In this document: positions 9,986 through 18,487 of the stretch, piece by piece
Position numbering within the stretch: the stretch's first letter is position 1
Layout: each line of letters opens with the position of its first letter
Assembly: GCA_000091205.1 (NCBI GenBank)
Contig: AP006496.2
DNA: 64,000 nucleotides
Source: Cyanidioschyzon merolae
Lineage: Eukaryota
Direction: 5' to 3' (one strand)
The notes under the pieces: model-generated
The model's database searches: none
What the model saw: the letters and a program-made list of their open reading frames with translations, nothing else
Told to the model about the DNA's origin: nothing
Made by a program: the position numbers and the translations under genes

Positions 9986-11446
9986 TTGTGGAACAAGCAG
10001 GCACCTGTATCGGAACTTGTCATGTACGTAAACTCCTTATGTGGAAGCGGTTGGCTCCAGAAAGCATCGTTCTTAGGTAATAGGTCTCAAGATGCTGGAG
10101 CGAGCTTCCACCAAGTGGGTGTGTGCCGGGTAGCGCGACACGCCAACTGCCGCGCTTCGTCGCCGCTGCGGCGTTTCCTCGCCATGCATACCCGGGTGCC
10201 GCGCAACGAAAACTTTTCGAAGCTCCAGGGTGGGTACCTGTTTCCACAAATAGCTCAAAGACGACGAGAGTACCTGGAGAAGCACCCAGATGCAGCGCTT
10301 ATCTCGTTAGGTATTGGCGATACGACGCAGCCTATACCTCCGCATATCTGCGCGGGATTGACGCAAGGCGCTAAGAAACTTGCCACGAAAGAAGGCTATA
10401 GCGGTTACGGCGATGGCGAGGGTCTGTATGCGCTCCGAAAAAGCATCGCTTCACGTCTCTATGGCGATCGCATCAGGCCGGAGGAGGTGTTTGTTTCCGA
10501 CGGTGCCAAGTGCGACATCGCCCGTCTCCAGATGGTCTTCGGTAGCGAGGTCACTGTGGCGGTGCAGGACCCCAGTTATCCTGTGTACGTGGACACTGCG
10601 GTTATGACGGGCCAGACTGGTCGTATCAATGCCGATACCCGCCAGTATGCCGGCATCGTGTACATGCGCTGCGACGCTGCCAATGACTTTTTCCCGGACT
10701 TGTCTAAGACACCGCGCACGGATCTCATTTTCTTTTGTTCGCCGAACAATCCAACTGGAGCTGCCGCAACGAGAGAGCAACTGGCAGAGTTGGTGGCCTT
10801 CGCGCGACACAACGGCAGCATCATTGTGTACGATGCAGCATATGCGCCGTTTATTCGTGATCCCGCCGTCCCGCGCTCTATTCTGGAAATCGATGGAGCA
10901 CTTGAATGCGCTATTGAAGTGAACTCATTCAGCAAGTACGCGGGTTTCACGGGTGTACGCCTCGGCTGGACAGTTGTGCCTTCAGCGCTTCGTTTTGCTG
11001 ACGGAACACCAGTCGCGAAGGACTTTGGGCGAGTCATGAACACGGCTTTTAACGGTGCGAGTAATATCGCACAGCAAGGAGGCATGGCGTGCCTAGATGA
11101 TGAAGGTCTCGCGGAGATCGAGCAACTCATATCCTACTACCTGGAGAACACCCGCATCCTGCGAGAGGGTATGGAATCGCTTGGGTTCTCGGTCTACGGC
11201 GGCCGCAATGCACCCTATATTTGGGTCCGCTTTCCCGGTCGCTCGAGCTGGGACGTGTTCACCGAGTTTTTGGAAAAGTGCCAGGTCGTTACGGTCCCTG
11301 GGGCAGGATTTGGCCCAGCAGGCGTCGAGTATGTGCGTCTGTCGGCGTTTGCGCCGCGCGAGGCCTGCCAAGAGGCTGTGCGTCGCATCCAGACAGCGTT
11401 CGGGGGCCGCCCTGCCGACCCGATTGCCGCCTCATCATTCCAGTGA
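9986..11446 (+). CDS. dapL: LL-diaminopimelate aminotransferase (DapL/AGD2-type, plant-chlamydial lysine pathway). An N-terminal extension of roughly 60 aa is a possible transit peptide. The true start may be the internal Met in MHTRVPRNENFSKLQ
   Basis: It is collinear with and highly similar to plant LL-DAP-AT across NFSKLQGGYLFPQIAQRRREYLEKHPDAALISLGIGDTTQPIP...VFVSDGAKCDIARLQMVFGS.VTVAVQDPSYPVYVDTAVMTGQTG...FFCSPNNPTGAAATREQL...NSFSKYAGFTGVRLGWTVVP...AFNGASNIAQQGG...NAPYIWVRFPG.SSWDVF.E.LEK..VVTVPGAGFGP.G.EYVRLSAF. Confidence 0.9.
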   Translation: MWNKQAPVSELVMYVNSLCGSGWLQKASFLGNRSQDAGASFHQVGVCRVARHANCRASSPLRRFLAMHTRVPRNENFSKLQGGYLFPQIAQRRREYLEKHPDAALISLGIGDTTQPIPPHICAGLTQGAKKLATKEGYSGYGDGEGLYALRKSIASRLYGDRIRPEEVFVSDGAKCDIARLQMVFGSEVTVAVQDPSYPVYVDTAVMTGQTGRINADTRQYAGIVYMRCDAANDFFPDLSKTPRTDLIFFCSPNNPTGAAATREQLAELVAFARHNGSIIVYDAAYAPFIRDPAVPRSILEIDGALECAIEVNSFSKYAGFTGVRLGWTVVPSALRFADGTPVAKDFGRVMNTAFNGASNIAQQGGMACLDDEGLAEIEQLISYYLENTRILREGMESLGFSVYGGRNAPYIWVRFPGRSSWDVFTEFLEKCQVVTVPGAGFGPAGVEYVRLSAFAPREACQEAVRRIQTAFGGRPADPIAASSFQ

Positions 11447-12825
11447 CTGGTCATCGGGGTTGGACTCCGTGCGCGCCGTCGTCGAGGCGCTTCAGCGACT
11501 AGCAGGGGAGAGAAAGATCATGGACTGTACACACTTGGTGGAATCGTACGACACACCGGCCGGCTGTTTTACAGATTCGGGGGCCCGCAAACCTGTGCCT
11601 CACTGTCAAAAGCTTGAATCCTTCTTGTGGCTCGTCGTGCAGTTCCTCGATCTCATCCGAAATTTCTTCCTCTGATCTCTGTATATCGCCATGCCGAGGT
11701 GCTTGGGGGCCAGAACTGCGGCGCTGCCTCTCTTCTTGGCGCAGTCCGTTGGCGCTCCGGAGCCGTAACCCACGCGCTCACACAGCTTTCGTGGAGTGGT
11801 CCGTTTCCCATCGAGTTCGGGTGTGATTCACGACCACCTCGAGCCGTAGCCGCTTCGGTATTCGAGGAATTCGACGGCCGCTTGTGCGAGTTTCGAGGCG
11901 CACACGCGACGGTCGAGCGCTTTCGGGGGGTACCCGATTGTAGGCTCCTGGCAATGTTCGCGCGGCGGTGGCGGGATGCTCGCGGCAGTACCGGTTCATT
12001 CCCCGAAATGAATCGACATCAAATTGGCTCCGTAAGACGCATAAAGATGCAGAAGGTCCTCTAAATCGTGCACGCACGATGCTCTTCTCACCGCTCCGGC
12101 CGTGGCTCGTTTCAATTGATCATTCGAGAATATGATACGGTTTTCTGTTCAAAGCTTCAGGAAGTTTGCGTCTTCATCGCAGTCATACGCTGGCTTCGTA
12201 TCGCCCTGCCATTGACATCCAGTAATTCCGAACCAGAGCTCCATCGAAAGGGATGCGATGGCAAGCGCGCCGGCGCACCGCGAGGGATCGAGCGCTCGTG
12301 CACGACCCGCAAATGGGCAGTGAGTCGGGCGTCGTACCCGCGGGCAGCCCGCTGCACAACCGCTCCTGCAATCTCGCCATCGATTCAGCTACGCAAGAGC
12401 GGCTGCGCTAGGTTATCGCGTGCCCTTACCATGGAAATGCGTTCACCGCCTCACACTGCTGTATAGCGAATGCGGACCGCGCTACGAAGAAGCCTACCGC
12501 AAAGGTCCCTGTTCTCGCTAGAGTCTCGTAAATGCAAAAAATGCAGTGCGTCACGAGCGCTTAGATTCACGGAACGTTCCGGGGTTCCCGCTATTCACGA
12601 GAGAGAAAGAGCGCGCGCGCGCTCCAATGGCACCAGCACGACGCGCATAGCGAAGCTGGTCCAGTCGTTCGCGGATCGAAGCTTGCTTGCTTCGATCTAT
12701 CCGTTTCTTGGAAAACGCTACCGCTTTGCTAACGCACATAACACCTACAACAAGTGATACGTCCATGCGCACACGTAAAAGCGAAGCATGCGCTCGCACA
12801 CGACGCCTTCGAAGGCATTCGGATG

Positions 12826-12869
12826 ACATGCACGCATGCACGCATGCACGCATGCACGCACGCATGCTC
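12826..12869. repeat. (GCATGCAC)n-like short tandem repeat
   Basis: catgcacgcatgcacgcatgcacgcatgcacgcacgcatgc. It creates Cys/His/Ala-rich shadow ORFs on both strands. Confidence 0.85.
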
Positions 12870-13263
12870 GTAGCGTGCGTGTCCATGCGCGCCACTGCAT
12901 GACTTCATAGGGTGCATATCCGCGGTGCGTATTCGCGAAGCGCGCAACGATACCACTCGCGCAGCAGATCGCCTCCTTCAGGCGTACGGCCAGGGGTGCC
13001 GCACCATCCGTAAGCGACACACACGCTAGGTAGCACGCTCAGCGTCAGAACGAACGTCTGCGGTACGCGCATTATCCGTTCATTCACTGGATCAGATATG
13101 TCTGTGATCGATGAGCGAACACCGTACTGGATACTGTGGAGCGTGGTAGCGTCCGCGGTAACCCATGAGGAAAATCCTTGGCAAAGGGCACCGCTCGCGC
13201 AGCGTCCCGATGCGTCTGTTGGCATCGACCCATCGCATACAAATGAAAAACAAGTACCCACGT

Positions 13264-14391
13264 CTATTTCGTGACTACACAGAGGACATCCTCATCGGCA
13301 AGCTGATGAGATAGACCTACTCGTTGAGGGTCGTGTTTCGTGCTGCGTCCCCAGACCAGTGCGTAGCGGAACTGTGTCGGGTCGGCTAGGGATCGATGGA
13401 TCTTGCGACAGGCGTCCGCTACCCGCGCCTGGCTGGAGCGCAGAATCAGAGGTCGCTCAAAGTCTGGCGGTTCTCCGCGTTTCTTGGTGTAGACTCGGAC
13501 GATCTTCAGCGCTCGCCATATTTTCTCCAAGACCTCATCCATATTCAAGCGAAGTGCGCAACTGAGCACCACGCCGTGGTACGGATCCGACCGCGCCAGG
13601 CGGTCCAGCTCCTCTATGGTGATCAAGTCAATCTTATTATAGACGTGGATGCACGGAACATACACTCTGTTCCCCTCAATGACGTCAATAAACTCATCCA
13701 CGTTTACATCTTCACGAACCAGGATGTCGGCGTTATAAATTCGATACTCTTGAAGGATAGCGTACACCAGCTTTTCATCCAAATGGCTGAGCGGGCAGGT
13801 AGCGTTAAAGGTGATGCCCCCGCCCGCTTTCTTCAGCTGGAACATGACGTTCGGCGGGCGCCTGTTCAAGCGAATACCGGCCAATTCAACTTCCCTTTCG
13901 ATGAACCGCCGTTGCGCGTCCACGTCCTTACCGACGTCGAGCATCATAAGTACCAGGTCCGCAGAGCGTGCCAGCGCAATAACCTGTCGTCCACGGCCGC
14001 GCCCCTGTGCAGCGCCTTCGATGATCCCGGGCAGGTCGAGCAGCTGGATGCGAGCTCCGCGCAAGTGCAGCTCACCGGGGATGCAGTCCACAGTCGTGAA
14101 CTCGTACGCAGCCACGGCACTGTCGATACCGGTTACCTGCGATACAAACGTCGACTTGCCTATGGATGGTGCACCGAGCATGATTACCCGGGCGTCACCT
14201 TGTTTGGGGACCTCGAAGCCCTCGGCGCTGCCGGCGCCCTGCTTCCGTGCCTTCTCCTCGTCCAGAAGCAGCTGTGTTCGCAGGCGCGCCAGGCGCGACT
14301 TTAGCCTGCAAATATGGCCCATGGTAGCCTTATTTACCTGAGTCCGCTTGAGCTCCAGCTCTATGTCACGAATTCGATCCAGGATGCCCAT
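13264..14391 (-). CDS. DRG: developmentally regulated GTP-binding protein (DRG1/2, Obg-family GTPase with TGS domain), 375 aa, single exon
   Basis: Full-length collinearity with DRG proteins: MGILDRI..IE.E..RTQ.NKAT..H...LK.RLA.LR..L, G1 GAPSIGKST, DLPGIIEGAA.G.GRGRQVIA..R..DL.LMMLD, and a C-terminal TGS domain. Confidence 0.9.
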   Translation of the reverse strand: MGILDRIRDIELELKRTQVNKATMGHICRLKSRLARLRTQLLLDEEKARKQGAGSAEGFEVPKQGDARVIMLGAPSIGKSTFVSQVTGIDSAVAAYEFTTVDCIPGELHLRGARIQLLDLPGIIEGAAQGRGRGRQVIALARSADLVLMMLDVGKDVDAQRRFIEREVELAGIRLNRRPPNVMFQLKKAGGGITFNATCPLSHLDEKLVYAILQEYRIYNADILVREDVNVDEFIDVIEGNRVYVPCIHVYNKIDLITIEELDRLARSDPYHGVVLSCALRLNMDEVLEKIWRALKIVRVYTKKRGEPPDFERPLILRSSQARVADACRKIHRSLADPTQFRYALVWGRSTKHDPQRVGLSHQLADEDVLCVVTK

Positions 14392-14518
14392 GGTTTGTTA
14401 CGCTTCAACAAAACTCGAGGGAGGGATTGATGCTCACGCGGAGCCTGCATGCATTGTTGCGCCATGGTGGCTGCGGCTCTAGCTATTCGCCAGCTGCAGG
14501 CAGCGCAGCGAAGCGAAG

Positions 14519-17158
14519 TTGAAGCTTTCCCGGACCTCGTTAGCTGCGTTAAACGAGCATCCGTTTATGAGAGGCCGGCTTGCAAGCCTGGTGCACACTG
14601 TAGGACGAACAACCTGGAGTGCGCACTTGCAGCGGTTTGGGTTGGCGGAGTCTGCAGACTGCGTTCACCGGTGCGGAGTTGCGGGGCATTTGTCCTCGGT
14701 ACGTGCGCTACACGTGCAGTCGTTCATGAGTGGTCGGCTTGCAAGCCTGGTGCACGCGATAGGACGAACTCCTAGGAATGTGCACCGGCAGCGGTTACGA
14801 TTTGCGGAGTACGGGCCTAGAAATGCACGGCTTGAGGACTCTGCTGAGCGCCAGCTACAGGCAAGCGCTGCTCTTCGGCTCCGAGCATGCGCGAGCGCAC
14901 CGCTGCACAGCGAACTGTCCAGAGCGCTGCAACAGGACTACCGGACGCAGGTAGCGTCAGGGTGGACTCGGTTTGAGCAGGGATTGAAAGGGCGCTTCAA
15001 CGCTTCGCGAGCGCACGAGGCACGCGTTCGCCGCCAGAATCTGTCGACCAGCCGCAGCACCAGCGAGGCGACACCAACGGGACGAGCGGCAGAAGGTCCG
15101 CAGCACAGCACCAACGCCTCGACGAATGGTGCGAGCGAACTCGAATTCCGCTTCAAGCTACCAGACGCAGTGTCCATTCGACGCTTACTGCGCCTAGCAC
15201 AGCCGCATAGCCGGCTTCTAGCGGGAGCAGTAGCGACGCAGGTCGCCTCGGCGCTCTCCACCATGGCGTTTCCACTCGCTGTTGGACGCATGATTGATGC
15301 TCTCACTGCAGCAGACGGCCTCGAGCAGCTCCGACAAGTCGCTGTGATCATGGCGGTGGTATTCGTGCTGGGCGCCTTCGCCGTCGGTGCCCGGGTGCTG
15401 CTCCTGAACATCACCGGCGAGCGAGTCGCGCGAGCGCTCCGCAAGGACCTCTTCAGTGCGATGCTTCGGCAGGATACTTCGTTTTTCGATGCGCGTTCTA
15501 CGGGTGAGCTTGTTAACCGCCTCTCGGCGGATGCCTCTGCTGTGGCGCGAACCCTAACGGACAATCTCGCACGCAGCATTCGCGCCTCTATTACGACTGT
15601 ATCAGCGATAGGTTTCCTGGTGTATTTGTCGCCGCAACTCACCACAGTTTCACTGTGCATGGTCCCGGCCTTTGCCGCAGGCGTTGCTCTTTTCGGCCGA
15701 TACGCTCGGCGGTTGAGTCGCCAACTACTAGACGCGCTGGCAGCAGCGAATCAAGTGGCGGCGGAACGCATCGCAGCTATTCGAACTGTTCGATTGTTTG
15801 CAGCAGAGCAATTGGAACAGGCCCGATACGACCGTCGTATCGATGACACCTATGATATTGCCCGACGGGTAGCCGTCATTGAAGGAATCTACATGGGGGC
15901 GGGCTTCCTGACTGCGCAGACATCGCTGCTTGGGGTCCTCTGGTACGGAGGCACAATGGTCTACCACGGCTCCCTGACGGTTGGCGCACTCACCTCTTTT
16001 GCGATGTATGCTGTGAACCTGGGAGTTGGCGTCACATCGCTGAGCTCGGCTATTGGGCAGCTTGTGCGAGCCCAGGGCGCGGCAGCGCGCATCTTTGAAG
16101 TCCTCGATCGTGACTCCTGTGATGCAGGCTCGACAACCACGAGCGCGAAACCAGACAGCGACACGGGAACGCCCGCTCCAGAGCGTCCTCTGCCGTCCGG
16201 GAAAGTCGCTGCTGTTGAGCGTTCGTTGAGCGCGCGTCCAGAGCATCCCAACGATCGCAGCGGTAGCGCCGGATGCCGTACAGGAGGCATCGTGCTGCCG
16301 GTGGGGTACGCCCCACCGGCCATTGAATACGACAAGGTGCATTTTCGGTATCCGACTCGCCCCGATACACCCATACTGCGCGGTTTTCAATTAGCCATTG
16401 AACCTGGTGAGCTGTGCGCCCTCGTGGGTGGCTCTGGATCCGGCAAGTCGACATTGCACATGCTCCTGGCCCGGTTGTACGACCCGGATCACGGGACAAT
16501 ACGCTTTGCTGGCCATGATCTGCGCGTTTTGGATACTGCGTGGCTTCGGCGACAACTTGGAATAGTGCAGCAGGAGCCGGTGCTTTTCGCTGGTACAATA
16601 GCTGCGAACATCAGCTACGGACGAGATGCACAACGTTTTCCCGCGGCGCCCGACGCAGCTGCAGACAGGGTTTCTGCGCTGGATGCTGACGCCCTGCGTC
16701 GCGCTGCTGAGGCGGCTGCTGCCCACGAGTTCATCTCTGAGCTCCCGGGCGGCTATCAAACTCGGATTGGTGAGCGAGGCGCGGGCCTTTCTGGTGGCCA
16801 GATTCAACGTATTGCGATCGCAAGGGCGTTATTTCACGAACCCACTGCTCTGACGCTTGACGAGTGCACCTCGGCGCTTGATCTGGAGACCGAGCTCCGA
16901 GTACTCGAGAACCTCGTGCGCGTGATTCGAGAGCGTCGACTGACGACGCTGGTGATAACCCACCGGGTCCCGATCATGAAAGTTGCCGACCGCGTGGTGG
17001 TGCTCGCAGGCGGCGTCTGCGCTGAGCAGGGCTCGTTCGCGACCCTGATCCAGAACCCGCACGGCGTCCTGCCGCGAATGCTGCTCTCGGCTCAGGAGTC
17101 GCTTCTGGCTGGACGAACGGGAGCCTCGAAAGCTTCGATTGCGAGCGCCACTGCCTGA
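14519..17158 (+). CDS. ABC transporter, ABCB-type half transporter (TMD-NBD), probably mitochondrial Atm1/ABCB-like. The annotated N-terminal 220 aa are doubtful because they overlap a tandem duplication. The real start is probably downstream
   Basis: Six TM helices run from about 15180. Walker A is GGSGSGKST, the ABC signature is LSGGQIQRIAIARAL, Walker B is LTLDECTSALD and the H-loop is ITHR. A Ser/Pro/Ala-rich insertion of about 80 aa sits between the TMD and the NBD. Confidence 0.85.
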   Translation: MKLSRTSLAALNEHPFMRGRLASLVHTVGRTTWSAHLQRFGLAESADCVHRCGVAGHLSSVRALHVQSFMSGRLASLVHAIGRTPRNVHRQRLRFAEYGPRNARLEDSAERQLQASAALRLRACASAPLHSELSRALQQDYRTQVASGWTRFEQGLKGRFNASRAHEARVRRQNLSTSRSTSEATPTGRAAEGPQHSTNASTNGASELEFRFKLPDAVSIRRLLRLAQPHSRLLAGAVATQVASALSTMAFPLAVGRMIDALTAADGLEQLRQVAVIMAVVFVLGAFAVGARVLLLNITGERVARALRKDLFSAMLRQDTSFFDARSTGELVNRLSADASAVARTLTDNLARSIRASITTVSAIGFLVYLSPQLTTVSLCMVPAFAAGVALFGRYARRLSRQLLDALAAANQVAAERIAAIRTVRLFAAEQLEQARYDRRIDDTYDIARRVAVIEGIYMGAGFLTAQTSLLGVLWYGGTMVYHGSLTVGALTSFAMYAVNLGVGVTSLSSAIGQLVRAQGAAARIFEVLDRDSCDAGSTTTSAKPDSDTGTPAPERPLPSGKVAAVERSLSARPEHPNDRSGSAGCRTGGIVLPVGYAPPAIEYDKVHFRYPTRPDTPILRGFQLAIEPGELCALVGGSGSGKSTLHMLLARLYDPDHGTIRFAGHDLRVLDTAWLRRQLGIVQQEPVLFAGTIAANISYGRDAQRFPAAPDAAADRVSALDADALRRAAEAAAAHEFISELPGGYQTRIGERGAGLSGGQIQRIAIARALFHEPTALTLDECTSALDLETELRVLENLVRVIRERRLTTLVITHRVPIMKVADRVVVLAGGVCAEQGSFATLIQNPHGVLPRMLLSAQESLLAGRTGASKASIASATA
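14571..14820 (+). repeat. tandem duplication (about 1.5 copies of a 160-bp unit) in the 5' region shared by the divergent DRG and ABC genes
   Basis: Unit 14573-14732 and partial unit 14733-14820 match (ggccggcttgcaagcctggtgcaca.tgtaggacgaac..cctgg.gtgcgcac..gcagcggtt...). The duplication is reflected in the repeated peptide RGRLASLVHTVGRT / SGRLASLVHAIGRT. Confidence 0.8.
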
Positions 17159-17220
17159 TAGGTCAGCGGGGTCATGGAAGCGGCGCTGAAGGCAGTTGCG
17201 TACTGCGCAGACGCCATTGC

Positions 17221-18033
17221 TTATGGCTGGCGTCTGAGACTGGACGCCAGCTGCTGAGGCGGTAGCGCTCTTCTGCCGCTTCGAAACTGGACTTTCCTCA
17301 CTGTTTGCGGGGCGTGGGTTTGTAGTGCATCTGGTCGAGATATCAGCGCACCTTGGGTACCAGCTGGACGCAGTGTGCATTCCAACGGATACCGTCCCGA
17401 AGATAGCAGTAGCGGTGATTGGCTGCGCAACGTCGCGGAGACAACTGGCGATAGGCAGGAGATGGTGTGACCGGCGTTGCTGGCGTGCCACTGCGCCAGC
17501 TGCGGCATGGTCTTGGACGCCGGCTGAGCGCCGCTTCCTGCTGCTTGCATAGGTTGCATTCGTGGGTAGCGTTGCCGCCGCTGCCTCCAACGCCTTGCAT
17601 ACCATCTCCGAGGGCATCCTGTACCGATTCCAGATATGTTGTTCGGGCGACGAGCTTTACGCAAGTCAAAGTTGGCAATGGTTTGTACATAGATGAGGCG
17701 CTCTTTGTCAGAGCGCTCGATTTCGTGGACGCTGTTCTCTTCAGAGCGATACGGACTCGAGAAGCTGCCACGGAGCTCCAAGTCGACAAATGGTCCACTC
17801 AAATCTTGCAATCGCTGAAAGGCCGTGGATGGTGCGGCGGTTATCGCAGACGAGTGCTCGCCGATGGTGCCCCAGCGCTCTTTCAGCACGTCGTGTTCGG
17901 TCATGGATTTGCTGTATAGATCGTCGGCGTTGATCAAGATGCTGTGGATGGCGAAGCGGCTGCGGTACCAGCAGCGGCAGACAATCGTTCTGCCGCCCAC
18001 GACATCCCGCAGGTTTCCGATCCGGACGTGCAC
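17221..18033 (-). CDS. hypothetical ORF. Only the N-terminal 130 aa look protein-like and the remainder is Arg/Pro/Gln-rich
   Basis: There is no recognisable domain. It sits opposite an equally long shadow ORF. This is a weak call. Confidence 0.15.
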   Translation of the reverse strand: MHVRIGNLRDVVGGRTIVCRCWYRSRFAIHSILINADDLYSKSMTEHDVLKERWGTIGEHSSAITAAPSTAFQRLQDLSGPFVDLELRGSFSSPYRSEENSVHEIERSDKERLIYVQTIANFDLRKARRPNNISGIGTGCPRRWYARRWRQRRQRYPRMQPMQAAGSGAQPASKTMPQLAQWHASNAGHTISCLSPVVSATLRSQSPLLLSSGRYPLECTLRPAGTQGALISRPDALQTHAPQTVRKVQFRSGRRALPPQQLASSLRRQP

Positions 18034-18487
18034 CTATCAAGCGCTACCCCGCGTCGACAACGGAAGCGTGATGAATGAAGTATCCATGCAACCATGCGAC
18101 GCTCGGGGGCGCTTTCATTCCGGTCTACACGTTTGAATTCGTGTCGGCATGTGTCGGATTCAACTGCAGCAGCAACGCCAACTATTCGTAATGCCTTGAT
18201 GAATTCACCAGCACGCAACGGTAGCCAGCAGGCCGCTTGTATTCGTCGCGTCTGTTGCTCGTTGCCTGCACTGGTGGCGGCGCTCAAGGGCACTGCACGC
18301 CCGCGCAAGCCCTTGGCAAACTGTTTTAGCGAGGCCGCGCTTCAGCAGCCGGACAGAAAAGGAAAAGGCGCTCGAACGCAGGTTGTCACTGAGAAGACCA
18401 TCCCGGTGGAGTGTTTCATGAGCTTCGTTCCGCGTCGGAATCGCGGCATAAGAAGCGCTGCGCCCCGCAGCTTCAATACCAGCAGCA

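Noticed and set aside
10576-11130. Long antisense ORFs opposite real genes, for example 10576..11130(-), 14938..15660(-), 15728..16390(-), 48815..49510(-) and 47963..48586(-)
   Set aside because: They are Arg/Ala/Ser-rich shadow ORFs, typical of GC-rich coding DNA. The sense strands carry clearly recognisable conserved proteins
11627-12466. ORFs 11627..12064(+) and 12068..12466(+)
   Set aside because: They are Arg/Ala/Ser-rich with no motif. They overlap similar ORFs on the other strand
17221-18033. 270-aa ORF 17221..18033(-) as a confident gene
   Set aside because: Only the first 130 residues or so look protein-like and the rest is low-complexity. It is kept only as a very low-confidence feature
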